Shown here piece by piece: positions 54,397 through 64,000 of a DNA stretch of 64,000 nt. The notes under the pieces are model-generated. The model saw only the letters and a program-made list of their open reading frames with translations, was not told where the DNA came from and searched no databases. The stretch spans positions 3,264,001 to 3,328,000 of the forward strand of contig OY970325.1 of assembly GCA_963717145.1 (NCBI GenBank), given 5' to 3'. This DNA comes from an uncultured Armatimonadetes bacterium (GTDB lineage Bacteria; Armatimonadota; UBA5829; DTJY01). Within the stretch, counting starts at the first letter, position 1; each line of letters starts with the position of its first letter. The translations under genes were made by a program, and so were the position numbers.

Positions 54397-55539
54397 CTAC
54401 CCCTTCTTGTACCCGTGCTCCAGGAAATTGCCGATCAGCCGGGTGAGCTGACCCGCCTCCAACAGGAACGCATCGTGCCCGTAGTCCGTCTCGATCTCCG
54501 TGTAGATCGCGTCGACGTTGTTGAACCTCAGGGCGCTGATGATCTCCTTCGACTGATAAGACGGGAAGAGCCAGTCGGACGAGAATGAAATCACCAGGAA
54601 CTTCGATTTCGAGCCCGCGAACGCCTGCTTCAGCGTTCCGAACTGCTGCCCGAGGTCGAAGTAGTCCATCGCCTTGGAGATATACAGGTATGAGTTGGCG
54701 TCGAACCGCTTCACGAAGCTGTCGCCCTTGTAGCGCAGGTAGCTCTCGACCTGGAACTCGGTGACGAAATCGTATCCATACTCGGCCTTGTCCTGCAGGC
54801 GTCGCGCGAACTTTTGGTGCATCGACTTGTCGGACAGATAGGTGATGTGCCCGATCATCCGCGCGATCGAGAGTCCCCTGTGCGGGATCGTCTTGCCATA
54901 GTAGTCGCCGCCCATCCAGTCGGGATCGGACATGATCGCCTGCCTGCCGACCTCATCGAACGCGATCGCCTGTGCGGAAAGGCGCGCGGTCGTGGCAATC
55001 GGGACCGCGAGGCGGACCATTTCGGGGTAGCTGCAGACCCATTGCAGGACCTGCATCCCGCCCATCGAGCCGCCGATAACGCAGAGGAGCTTGTCGATGC
55101 CGAGGTGATCGAGCAGCGCCTTCTGGGCGTTCACCATATCCTGGATCGTGACGACCGGGAACGACAGCCCATACGGCCGCTCGGTCTGCGGGTTGATCGA
55201 ACTCGGCCCGGTGGAACCCTTGCACCCACCGATGATATTCGCGCATACGACAAAGTACTTGCTGGTATCGATCCCCTTGCCGGGGCCGACCATGATGTCC
55301 CACCAGCCGCTCGGCTTCTCCTCGTCCGCGCTGCTGTAACCCGCTGCATGGGCGTCGCCGGAGAGCGCGTGGAGCACGAGGATGGTGTTGTCGCGGGCCT
55401 TATTCAACTCGCCGTAGGTCTCATAGGCGAGGGTAATCGGCCCGAGCTTCCGCCCGCATTCGAGTTCCATCTCGTTCGGCGGCTCGGCGAATGTGAAGGT
55501 CTTGGTCTCTACGATTCCGACGGATCCGTCCTCGATCAT
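54397..55539 (-). CDS. metX: Homoserine O-acetyltransferase
   Basis: [14 protein letters not shown] nucleophile, FDANSY, SSDWLFP, GHDAFL. Confidence 0.96.
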   Translation of the reverse strand: MIEDGSVGIVETKTFTFAEPPNEMELECGRKLGPITLAYETYGELNKARDNTILVLHALSGDAHAAGYSSADEEKPSGWWDIMVGPGKGIDTSKYFVVCANIIGGCKGSTGPSSINPQTERPYGLSFPVVTIQDMVNAQKALLDHLGIDKLLCVIGGSMGGMQVLQWVCSYPEMVRLAVPIATTARLSAQAIAFDEVGRQAIMSDPDWMGGDYYGKTIPHRGLSIARMIGHITYLSDKSMHQKFARRLQDKAEYGYDFVTEFQVESYLRYKGDSFVKRFDANSYLYISKAMDYFDLGQQFGTLKQAFAGSKSKFLVISFSSDWLFPSYQSKEIISALRFNNVDAIYTEIETDYGHDAFLLEAGQLTRLIGNFLEHGYKKG

Positions 55540-55545
55540 GGCGCT

Positions 55546-55575
55546 ATTATCCATGATTGGGGGCACGGTCGTCAA
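55546..55575 (-). promoter_or_regulatory. Sigma70-type promoter just before the metX ATG (possibly leaderless)
   Basis: TTGACG-18bp-GATAAT, 6 nt upstream of the ATG at 55539, with no RBS. Confidence 0.5.
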
Positions 55576-55623
55576 TCATTGGAGTGCGGCGTGTGGGAGG
55601 CGACTCCAGTCGGCGATGGCTCT

Positions 55624-55746
55624 GGTCAGCCTCTCGTTATGCCACCAGAGTGGCTACTCGAGGAGATCGGTTGTTCTGTTCCCGATCCCCAAAACCGTCT
55701 AGTCTCGAGTGCGCTCTCTGGAGCGTGTACCGAGTGACGGCCTGGC
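55624..55746. other. Structured repeat / candidate ncRNA, copy 2
   Basis: Hairpins GCCAC-CAGA-GTGGC and CGCTC-TCTG-GAGCG; same core as copy 1. Confidence 0.7.
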
Positions 55747-55757
55747 CGCGCAACCTG

Positions 55758-57710
55758 TCAGAAGTTGAACTTCCATCCGTGGACCATGAGGAAGATCCAC
55801 ACGTCGAGGACCGGATGCAGTATCGGCTCGTTCTCCCGGACGTACTGCTTCACCCGCTCCCAGTCCGCGACGGCGGTTTCCTTGTCGTCCCGCGCGCGAG
55901 CTTCGAGCGCTCGGGAGAGCATCGCGCAGATCTCGGCGTGATACCGCAGATACTCCCACGACCTCGACCAGCAGGGATTCGCCCTCGACCCATTCAGCTC
56001 GATCACCGGCATGAACTCCCGGATGACGCCGGGGATGTTACCCAGTCTCTCCGCTGCCTCGGGATCGACTGCGGGCTTCTCGCCGCGCATGTACACGGGG
56101 TCGAAGAGATCGGTGAGCCGTGTCAGATACGCCCTGCACGCCGCTCCGTCGGGGCCGAACGCGCTCTCGAAGTAGTCCTGAGCGATCTCATCGAACCCGA
56201 GGTCGCGCTTCCAGAGCGTCCGAGCCATGACGGTCATCGGCAGCCCGGTCGGGAGCCAGGCGCGCTGGACCTGGCAACTGCTCAGGCCGTTCAGCCCGAG
56301 GTCCCTCAGGCCCTTCATGTCGAGGCCGAGGATCCGGGCCGTCTGCATGTAGCCGGGGTCGTGGACGTGGTCCCACATGAGGTGGTAGTCGAAATCGAAG
56401 CTGTCGCCCTGGAAGAGTCTCTGCCACTCGCGGAGGAAAGCCACGTTCGCATCGACACTCTTCGGGAACTCGAGCTTGTTCCGCTTGAACTCGGGCAACT
56501 CCAGCGGCTGTAGGGGCGTGCCTTGTGCCGCCCGGCACGTCGGATCGGGCGGCACAAGGCACGCCCCTACAGCCTCGTCCACAAATGCCGAGCTGTAGGT
56601 CCGGGTGATCGGCGCAAACATCAGAATGAATCGGTCGGGATTGGCGAATCGCTCGTGCTCCGGCGGCCAAAGCAGGTCGACGTAGATCAGGAAGACGATC
56701 CGCGTGTTCAGCCCTCTGCCGGTCAGCATTTCGTCGAGTTCGTTCAGCATTCGGACGTAGAAGTCCGACGGGCGGGTATCCCGACACAACTCGCACTCGC
56801 AGTGATTGTTCACGCCGTCCGCGAGCCAGAAGTGCATGATGTCGATCTGCGGATGACCCTGGGCATAGTCGGCGATCTCCTCGACGACGATCCGGCGCGC
56901 CTCGGGGTTGCCGTAGCAGAGGTTGGTGTTCAGGGCGAATCCGCCGAAGAGTTCACGCTTGCCGTTGATCTCCGCGAGGTACTTTCGCGCCGACTCGGGA
57001 ATCTCGCCCTCGTACTTCACCCATCCCGTGCCGCTGATCCCGAACGGCTCGCAGGTCCATCCATGGCCGACCGCGTGATAGAGCAGGCCGCGTTTCTTGA
57101 TCTCATCGACCGCCCGCGCCGTATACTCACGCGCCTGCTCGATCGAGATCGGCTCGCTCGCCATCAGAGGATTGTTCTCGTGCGAGTACCAGCGGTCGAA
57201 GAACGTGTGTCCCTCGCGGAACTGGATGAAGTAGCCGTTCATCCCGACCCTGGGCAGCCATTCGATGTTGTCGCGGACGTGCTCGAAGCTGACCGCGCCC
57301 TCGATGCAGAGGCACCTGTGGCGGTAGGACGGCGTCTCGGATAGCTTGATCGGCGGAAGATCGGAGCGGGGGGGAATATGTTCACCGGAAGCGCCGGGAC
57401 GGACCCACCGGCATCCGAGTTCGGTCAGGTATCGGTAGACGGCCAGGAGGACGCTTCTGGGGTTGTTCCCGGCGATGAATCCTCGACCATCCGCCACGTC
57501 GATGCTGATGGCGTCATCCACGAGGGGATCAGCCACCGTCGGCATCTCGATCGCGAGGTCGGACGCCAGCCCGACGTTGATCCCCTCCGCCGACTTCCCG
57601 ATCGTGATCGAGGCATCAGCCCCGGTCATCCGCCCGAGGTACTTCGCCAGTTCCCCCGCGGCATACCGAACCGTCTGATGCTCCCCGATGCAGTTGACCT
57701 GAATGCTCAT
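55758..57710 (-). CDS. DUF4838-like putative glycoside hydrolase-fold protein
   Basis: YAAGELAKYL, LAVYRYLTELGCRWVRPG, HFWLADG.NNHCEC..C. Confidence 0.75.
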   Translation of the reverse strand: MSIQVNCIGEHQTVRYAAGELAKYLGRMTGADASITIGKSAEGINVGLASDLAIEMPTVADPLVDDAISIDVADGRGFIAGNNPRSVLLAVYRYLTELGCRWVRPGASGEHIPPRSDLPPIKLSETPSYRHRCLCIEGAVSFEHVRDNIEWLPRVGMNGYFIQFREGHTFFDRWYSHENNPLMASEPISIEQAREYTARAVDEIKKRGLLYHAVGHGWTCEPFGISGTGWVKYEGEIPESARKYLAEINGKRELFGGFALNTNLCYGNPEARRIVVEEIADYAQGHPQIDIMHFWLADGVNNHCECELCRDTRPSDFYVRMLNELDEMLTGRGLNTRIVFLIYVDLLWPPEHERFANPDRFILMFAPITRTYSSAFVDEAVGACLVPPDPTCRAAQGTPLQPLELPEFKRNKLEFPKSVDANVAFLREWQRLFQGDSFDFDYHLMWDHVHDPGYMQTARILGLDMKGLRDLGLNGLSSCQVQRAWLPTGLPMTVMARTLWKRDLGFDEIAQDYFESAFGPDGAACRAYLTRLTDLFDPVYMRGEKPAVDPEAAERLGNIPGVIREFMPVIELNGSRANPCWSRSWEYLRYHAEICAMLSRALEARARDDKETAVADWERVKQYVRENEPILHPVLDVWIFLMVHGWKFNF

Positions 57711-57839
57711 GCCGTCCCCATTCGTGTTCGGCCACCGAAGGCAGATAACCTAGCGCCTGTTAACCCCTCTTTACCGAAAACAACGCAACCCGGGTTTCCC
57801 CGTTATTCGTCCATTCGTGCGATTCGTGTTTCCCCCAGC

Positions 57840-58773
57840 CTACCCGCACGCCGCCTTGATATGCTCTATCCCAAAGCAGTGCTTCGCGAACAGGTAACCC
57901 TCGGTCGCCACCTCGCCGAACAGATCGGGGACGCCAAGCCGCTTGACCGGCGTCGGAAGCTGCTCCGAAAGGACCTCGCAGACCGCGCTCCCCGAGCCCG
58001 CCGATGATATTCTGGTTCTCGACACTCACGACCTTGCCGGTCTTCTTCGCCGACTCCACGAGGGTCGCCGCGTCGAACGGCTTCACTGAGGGGTAATGGA
58101 GCAGGTCGACGGAGACTCCGCCCGCCGCCAGATCGGCCGCCGCCTGGACCGCGAACTGCGTCATGTAGCCCGTGGTGACCAGCGTAACGTCCCCGCCGTC
58201 GCGGACCTTCACTGCCTTGTCCGGGTCGAAGCGATAGGTATCATCGAAGACGGCAGGCTGTTTCGCCCTGCTGAGCTGCATGTAGACCGGCCCCTCGTGA
58301 GCGGCCATCCACCTCAGGCAGGAGCGCAATTCGTACACGTCGCACGGCGATAGAACGATCATGTTCGGCATCGCGCGCATGATCGCCAAGTCCTGGAAGC
58401 ACATGTGCGTGCCCCCATTCGGACCGGCGGTGATTCCGGGAGCCGTGCCGACAACCTTGACATTGGTGTTCGCATAGGCCACCGAGATCGTGACCTGATC
58501 GTACGCGCGTCGGGTGGCAAATGGGGTGAAACTCGCGCAGAACGGGATCTTCCCCTCGACCGCGAGTCCGGATGCGATGCCGATCATGTCGGCCTCGGCG
58601 ACCCCGGCATTGACGAACCGGTCCGGGTGCTCCTTGACGAACGCCGGATTCGTCCCGGTCGCCTTGCTCAGGTCGGCCTCCATGACGACGATGTTCGGGT
58701 TCTCGTTCGCCAGCTCTATCAGTGTCCGCGCATAGACCGCGCGCATTTCGAGTTCATGTAAGTTTTCGCTCAT
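57840..58773 (-). CDS. Transketolase C-terminal (pyrimidine-binding) subunit; frameshift near 57993
   Basis: GVAEADM, RRAYDQ, GPNGGTH, VENQNIIGGLG then SAVCEVL in the next frame. Confidence 0.9.
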
Positions 58774-58841
58774 GTCGTTATCCTTTCAGAACACAGATCG
58801 AACAGATGAAAAAACGGATGGAACAGATGGGAATTTATGAG

Positions 58842-59049
58842 GAAGCCAGGAACGCAAGGAAAGTACCCTCCTGGATTCCTATCTTCCTGGTTTCCTGATA
58901 GAAGTCTTTTTCTGTGTCATCCTCCGCCATCTGTGCAATCTTCTAGGAAGAAGCCAGGAACGCAAGGAAAGTACCCTCCTGGATTCCTATCTTCCTGGTT
59001 TCCTGATAGAAGCCTTTATCTGTGTCATCCTCCGCTATCTGTGCTATCT
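58842..59049. repeat. Two ~100-bp direct repeats (period 108); related sequence at 61298-61406
   Basis: GAAGCCAGGAACGCAAGGAAAGTACCCTCCTGGATTCCTATCTTCCTGGTTTCCTGATAGAAG at 58842 and 58950. Confidence 0.9.
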
Positions 59050-59062
59050 GTGTTCCAATCCC

Positions 59063-59911
59063 TCAGTACGGCAGCGTGTATTCCGTCAGGTCCAGGGCGC
59101 TCATGTACTTGTCGTAGGCTTCCTGGTCACTCACCTTGATGTTATGGCTCGCGGGTGTGTTCTCGACTGCGCAGCAGCCTTTCGCCTTGATCGTGTGGGC
59201 GAGGATCATCACCGGCTTGCCTGTGATCTTCTTCGCATGGTTGATCGTCTTGTAGATGTCGTCCCAATCGTGGCCGTCCATCTCGAGGACGTGCCAGTTG
59301 AACGCGCGCCACTTGTCGGCGAGCGGCTCGAGGGTGAGGATGTCGTCGGTGAAGCCGTCGATCTGAAGCTTATTGTAGTCGCAGATCGCGATCAGGTTGT
59401 CGAGTTTGTTGTGGCCGCCGAACATCGCGGCCTCCCAAATCTGTCCCTCGTTGCTCTCACCGTCGCCGATGATGCAGAAAACCTTGTGCGCGCGGCCGTC
59501 CATCCGCGCGGCGAGAGCCATCCCGCACGCGGCGGAGAGTCCCTGACCGAGCGAACCGGCGGTCATATCCACGCCGGGAGTCCGCAGGCGGTCCATGTGG
59601 CTCGGGAGCAAAGTCCCGTCATCGTTCAGCGTCTTCAGCATCTCCTTGGGGAAGTATCCCTTGTAGGCGAGCGACACATATGCCACCGGCCCGGCATGCC
59701 CCTTGGAGAGCACGAGACGGTCGCGGTCCTGCCACTTGGGGTTCGACGGATCGACGTTCATCACGCGCCAGTACAGCGAGATCATGACCTCGACGAGGCT
59801 GAGCGCGCCTCCGAGGTGCCCCGATCCGGCGCGGCATATCATGTCGGTGATGACGTACCGGAACTCGCCGGCAAGCCGGTCGAACTCCTGACGATCGAAG
59901 TTATCTTGCAT
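59063..59911 (-). CDS. Transketolase N-terminal (TPP-binding) subunit
   Basis: GHLGGALS, DRLVLSKGH, GSLGQG, GDGESNEG, TIKAKG. Confidence 0.93.
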   Translation of the reverse strand: MQDNFDRQEFDRLAGEFRYVITDMICRAGSGHLGGALSLVEVMISLYWRVMNVDPSNPKWQDRDRLVLSKGHAGPVAYVSLAYKGYFPKEMLKTLNDDGTLLPSHMDRLRTPGVDMTAGSLGQGLSAACGMALAARMDGRAHKVFCIIGDGESNEGQIWEAAMFGGHNKLDNLIAICDYNKLQIDGFTDDILTLEPLADKWRAFNWHVLEMDGHDWDDIYKTINHAKKITGKPVMILAHTIKAKGCCAVENTPASHNIKVSDQEAYDKYMSALDLTEYTLPY

Positions 59912-60127
59912 GTGATTCTCCCTCATACTCATACTCGTACTCAAAACCGGGCGAAGCATTGGCGACTAGAGTCCGACAAATGTGCAATCCGACGGGCCAA
60001 TGCTTCGCCCCTACATGATCCCCATGGGCGCGTCCACCGTAGTGGCCGTGCCTCCGTGCCGGCCCTCGGCATGGCATGGCCGGCACGGAGGCACGGCCAC
60101 TACGGGTCGGCGGACGACGGAGGATTG

Positions 60128-61237
60128 CTACAGCATTTGCAGATAAAGCTGCTTCAACTCCTCGGCGCGAACCTGCCTGGGGTTATTATTCATCACGGGG
60201 TGGAAGCTTGCCTGCACGAGCGCATCGATTTCTCCCTCGGCGACACCCGCCTCGCGCAGGGTCGTCGCCAGGCCGGACTGCGACTTCAGTGAGGCAATCG
60301 CATCGGCCAGCGCATCCATATCCTTGAACCCTGCCGACTGTGCGAGTGCGACGCCTCGCTCGCCCATCTCCTCGCTGTTGAACCGGACGAAATGGTCGAG
60401 CGTCATGGCGCACGCGACCCCATGAGGCAGGTGATATTTGCTCGACAGCGGGTATGAGCACGCGTGGACCGCCGCGTTCTTCGGCAGTTGAAACGCCAGG
60501 CCACCGAGGAGCGCGGTCATCGACATGCCCTCGCGCGCCTCACGGTTGCCAGGATTGTCGAGCACGAGCGGGAAATGCCTGAAGAAGAGCCTCACCGCCT
60601 CCAATGCCATCAGGTCGCAGATCGGCTGATGGTTCTTCGACCAGTAGCCCTCGATCGCGTGTGCAAGCGCATCGAACCCCGTCGCGGCCGTCACTTTGGG
60701 CGGCATCGTGAACGTCAGCTCCGGGTCGATCAGCGCGACCCTGGGAAAGAAGTTGTCGTGGATCAGCGGCGTCTTGACGCCCTTCTCAGGGTCGTCGAGC
60801 ACGGCGATCGGCGTGACCTCGCTCCCGGTCCCGGCGGTCGTCGGGAGCGCGATCAGCGGGAGGTGGCGCTCGTCGAGCTTCTCTCCGCCGGAGTGATACC
60901 TGCTCGTCGGCCCACCTTGGACCGCCACCGAGGAGGCCGCCTTGGCACAGTCGAGGGCGCTTCCTCCTCCCAGCGCGATCACGACATCGGCGGAGTGAGC
61001 GTTGATCGTCTCCGCGAGCTTATCGACCGACGAAACGGTCGGATTCGGCTCGACCTCCGAGAAGAGCCGCGCATCCGGCCCGAGCATCTCGATGATCTCG
61101 GCGGTCGCGGGATATCCCTTGACCCCCGGATCGGTGACCAGGACCGCCCGCTTGCCGAATCGCTCGACGATCTCCGGGAGCGCCTTTCGCTCTCCGATTC
61201 CGAAACGTATCTCAGTCGGTTGCTTGTAGTTCCACAT
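60128..61237 (-). CDS. Iron-containing alcohol dehydrogenase
   Basis: GGGSALD.AK, PTTAGTGSE, DALAHAIE, H..S......HG. Confidence 0.93.
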   Translation of the reverse strand: MWNYKQPTEIRFGIGERKALPEIVERFGKRAVLVTDPGVKGYPATAEIIEMLGPDARLFSEVEPNPTVSSVDKLAETINAHSADVVIALGGGSALDCAKAASSVAVQGGPTSRYHSGGEKLDERHLPLIALPTTAGTGSEVTPIAVLDDPEKGVKTPLIHDNFFPRVALIDPELTFTMPPKVTAATGFDALAHAIEGYWSKNHQPICDLMALEAVRLFFRHFPLVLDNPGNREAREGMSMTALLGGLAFQLPKNAAVHACSYPLSSKYHLPHGVACAMTLDHFVRFNSEEMGERGVALAQSAGFKDMDALADAIASLKSQSGLATTLREAGVAEGEIDALVQASFHPVMNNNPRQVRAEELKQLYLQML

Positions 61238-61429
61238 GTTTGTCTCCAGAGAACACAGAAGCACAGAAGGGACACAGAAACACGGAAAAGGCTTTTCTCA
61301 GGAAACCAGGAAGATAGGAATCCTCCCCCGATGTTGGGGATGGAGTTGGACTCCATCCCCAACATCGCTCGTCTCCTTCCTGGCTTCCTATCTTCCTGGT
61401 TTCCTTCTAGAATTCCGTGTTCTCCATGT

Positions 61430-62281
61430 TCAGGCTTTGCCCTCCGAGCCGAGGGCACGGATGAGCGCCTTCATGTCGAGTTTCAGCCGGTCCTTGACCG
61501 CCTGCATGATCTTCCAGGGATGGCCCTTGTGATCGAGTGTGTCGGCGTATTCCTCGAAATAGGCGATGTAGTTCGCGCGGAAGCCCTCGCCGAAGTTGAT
61601 CTTCGCCATCCCCGCCGCCGCGAGTTTCGAGAGCAGGTCGTCGGGGATGCCGCACGTCCCATGCTGGACAAGCGGTACGGACACCTTCCCTTTCAACTCG
61701 CGGACGAGATCGAGGTCGATGTCATCCTGAACATCGAAGATGCCGTGGATCGTGCCGTTCGCCACCGCGAGCATATCGACGCCGGTCTGCTCGACGAAAT
61801 ACACCGCCTCAGCCGGTTCGGTGCAGCCGGCCTTCCCGCCGCCGGAATGGACTCCGCCTGCGACATGGCCGATCTCCGCCTCGACCGCGATACCCAGCGG
61901 CCTGACCGCCTCGATGACCTTCTTCGTCAGTGCGATGTTCTCCTCCAGGGGGAGATGCGAGCCGTCGATCATCACGCCGGTGTATCCGGCCCGGACGGAC
62001 GCCATCACCGAATCGAGGCTCATCCCATGATCGAGGTGCAGGGCGATAGGAACGGTGGCATTCTGAGCGAGGTGCCGCGCCTGGATCGCGCAGTACTCGA
62101 ACCCTCGATAGGCGACGTTCGGCTCGTAGGTCTGCAGGATGAGCGGCGACCGCATCTCCTCCGCGGCCTCGATCGCGGCCCGAGCGATGTCGTATGTCCC
62201 GCCGTTCGAGTTGAACGCCGGAACGGCATATCCGCCGTCCCGCGCCTTATCAACCAGTGTCTTCGTGCTGCGGAATCTCAT
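61430..62281 (-). CDS. Class II fructose/tagatose-bisphosphate aldolase family protein
   Basis: YAVPAFN, HLDHG, MIDGS, EAEIG, GTIHG, VQHG, KIN. Confidence 0.92.
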   Translation of the reverse strand: MRFRSTKTLVDKARDGGYAVPAFNSNGGTYDIARAAIEAAEEMRSPLILQTYEPNVAYRGFEYCAIQARHLAQNATVPIALHLDHGMSLDSVMASVRAGYTGVMIDGSHLPLEENIALTKKVIEAVRPLGIAVEAEIGHVAGGVHSGGGKAGCTEPAEAVYFVEQTGVDMLAVANGTIHGIFDVQDDIDLDLVRELKGKVSVPLVQHGTCGIPDDLLSKLAAAGMAKINFGEGFRANYIAYFEEYADTLDHKGHPWKIMQAVKDRLKLDMKALIRALGSEGKA

Positions 62282-62368
62282 GGAAAACCCCCCAAGTGTG
62301 TGGGAGTGTGGGGGTATGGGAGTATGGGAGTCCGGAGCACTCCCATACTCCCATACCCCCACACTCCC

Positions 62369-63229
62369 TTACTCCGCTTCTTCCCCCGTGTCAAGCGTGA
62401 TATTCACGAGCGGGGGGTCGGCGGCCAGGTCGGTGAGGATGACCTGCACGTTCGGATGCTCCTGCACCAGCGACGCGGGGCAGTCTTTGCTCACCGGCCC
62501 GAAGATCGAGCGGCGCATCGTGCCCGAATGCCATGTGCGCATGAACGTGAGGCAGATCTTCTTCGAGGCGAGGATCTCCTTCATGCCGACCGTCACCGCG
62601 CGCCTCGGGATAATGTCCCAGTCGCCGTGAGTGCCGCCCATCGCCATCTGCGTGCAGCTCTCGCGCGAGACGTTGTGGATCCGCGCCTGGCAGTTGCGTA
62701 CCCAGTCGAGGTCTTTCTCTGTCTCCTCGGGCTCGGGCGGATCGTTGAACGCCAAGTGGCCGCTGATTCCCACTCCGCCGAAGCAGATATCGACGCCGCC
62801 GTTCGACATCACCCGTTCGGTGTACTCCGCGAGCATTTCGGGGTACGGCCAGACGATGCTGTCCATCGAGAAGCCAAGCGCCGGATCAAGCTGCGAAACC
62901 AGCGACTCCCGCATAAACGCCTTGAAGCTCAGGGGATGCTCTTCCGTAATCGGGATGCAGCCCTCATCGAGGTACTCGTCCATCATGAACGCGGTGAGCC
63001 TGCCGAGTGAGATGCGCTCTCTGTTGCATAGATCGGCGAGCGGCTCGTACATGAGCGGCCCGACCGGTAGAATGAGCGCCGAATCGCGACCCGCCTCGTT
63101 GTTCGCCTTGATCGTATCGGCGATCAGGCGCGCGGCTGCGTGGTTCAGCGCGGCATGGTCCTTCACGATCTTATAGGGGAAGGGACAGCGCTCCTCGAAC
63201 TGTGCCCTCGTGATGTTGTAGCAGTCCAT
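62369..63229 (-). CDS. Glucosamine-6-phosphate isomerase/deaminase (NagB-like) family protein
   Basis: ILPVGP, MDEY, HPLSF, GGVGISGHLAFNDP; AGGAGG RBS. Confidence 0.85.
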   Translation of the reverse strand: MDCYNITRAQFEERCPFPYKIVKDHAALNHAAARLIADTIKANNEAGRDSALILPVGPLMYEPLADLCNRERISLGRLTAFMMDEYLDEGCIPITEEHPLSFKAFMRESLVSQLDPALGFSMDSIVWPYPEMLAEYTERVMSNGGVDICFGGVGISGHLAFNDPPEPEETEKDLDWVRNCQARIHNVSRESCTQMAMGGTHGDWDIIPRRAVTVGMKEILASKKICLTFMRTWHSGTMRRSIFGPVSKDCPASLVQEHPNVQVILTDLAADPPLVNITLDTGEEAE

Positions 63230-63367
63230 ATAGTCCTCCGCCTCCTGGTTGTGTCGCCCATTACTGTATAACATAAGACTGTTTTCTGTCAACCGATCGA
63301 AGGAGGCTCTTTGACTCCCAATCGCCGGTCGCGTACAATTGCGAAAGGAGTTGGGAGGCCGGTCGCG

Positions 63368-63886
63368 ATGACTTCTGAGACTACTACATATTGCGCCAGA
63401 CACCCGAAGAGGGAAACCGCCCTGACGTGCGCCTCGTGCGGCACGCCGATCTGCCCCGACTGCATGGTCGTGACGCCTGTTGGTATGAAGTGCCCGCCGT
63501 GCGGACGGAATGCTAACTCGCCGCTGACCAGGGTGGCGCCGCATCGGTTCGCCCTCGCATTCGTGGCTTCGATGCTGACGGGTGTCGGTGCGCTGATCCT
63601 CTCTGAGATCGGCCTCTTCGCGATCTTTCTGGCGACGATGTACGGCTACTTCGCAGGCGGGATCATCCTCAAGGCGTCGGGGATGAAGCGGGGACTCAAG
63701 CTGGAGATCGCCGCCGGAGTCGGAGTCGTGCTCGGGGCGGTGATTCCGAAGCTCGGTCTGTACCTGATGGCGCGACGTGCCGCGCCGACCGCCCACCTCG
63801 GGTTGATCGACCTGCTCGACCTCTACGCCTTGGTCGTGGTGGGAGTTACCACCGCCTGCGTGGTCTCGAAGATAAGGTACCTGTAG
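63368..63886 (+). CDS. B-box-type zinc-finger membrane protein
   Basis: CARHP..ET...C..C..PICPDC......G..C..C followed by four hydrophobic segments. Confidence 0.8.
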   Translation: MTSETTTYCARHPKRETALTCASCGTPICPDCMVVTPVGMKCPPCGRNANSPLTRVAPHRFALAFVASMLTGVGALILSEIGLFAIFLATMYGYFAGGIILKASGMKRGLKLEIAAGVGVVLGAVIPKLGLYLMARRAAPTAHLGLIDLLDLYALVVVGVTTACVVSKIRYL

Positions 63887-64000
63887 GAGTCCAGTGCCCG
63901 CAATCGTAATCGTAATCGGTCCGGGGCGAAGCATTGGCGATGCTCCCCGCAGGCCGGTTGCTACCCGATGGGCCAATGCTTCGCCCCTACATCCATCGTT

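Noticed and set aside
53463-55735. Integron attC sites (GTTATGC / CATAAC ends)
   Set aside because: The boxes are in the reverse order to attC (GTT first, AAC last), copy 2 lacks the AAC end, and there is no integrase
60464-63010. 848-aa plus-strand ORF and other long antisense ORFs (4632..6971, 7739..9232, 21625..23169, 19713..21137)
   Set aside because: They are antisense shadows of well-supported genes in high-GC DNA and have no recognisable motifs
63230-63976. N-terminal extension of the NagB-like ORF to 535 aa
   Set aside because: It overlaps the divergent zinc-finger gene; the RBS and promoter support the start at 63229

Overview
A GC-rich bacterial chromosome segment. Armatimonadota is the best guess, inferred from the DUF1559/H-X9-DG prepilin, the DUF6785 membrane protein and a Firmicutes-like sigH-tRNA-tuf-rpmG-secE-nusG-rplK-rplA order. 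The assembly is indel-prone: tuf and ppdK are shattered and several other genes carry single frameshifts. Contents: secreted glycan-degradation genes (GH2, GH106-like, sulfatase), a stand-alone cyanophycin-synthetase N-domain protein, beta-propeller and TPR envelope proteins, a small defence-like island (VapBC plus a DUF4365-NACHT protein), ppdK, a YabN/MazG pair, a PrsA-like foldase, a FliA/WhiG sigma factor, glgA, the translation cluster with 4 tRNAs, tandem pilins, tldD/pmbA, metX/metW and an uncharacterised amino-sugar/transketolase operon. Intergenic DNA is full of REP-like palindromes and short tandem repeats, some inserted in-frame within genes. The most notable non-coding signal is a ~125-145 nt four-way structure present twice, on either side of metX-metW. 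Its two side hairpins have complementary loops (CAGA/TCTG) and one stem differs between copies while keeping its pairing. All family calls come from motif recognition; no searches were run.
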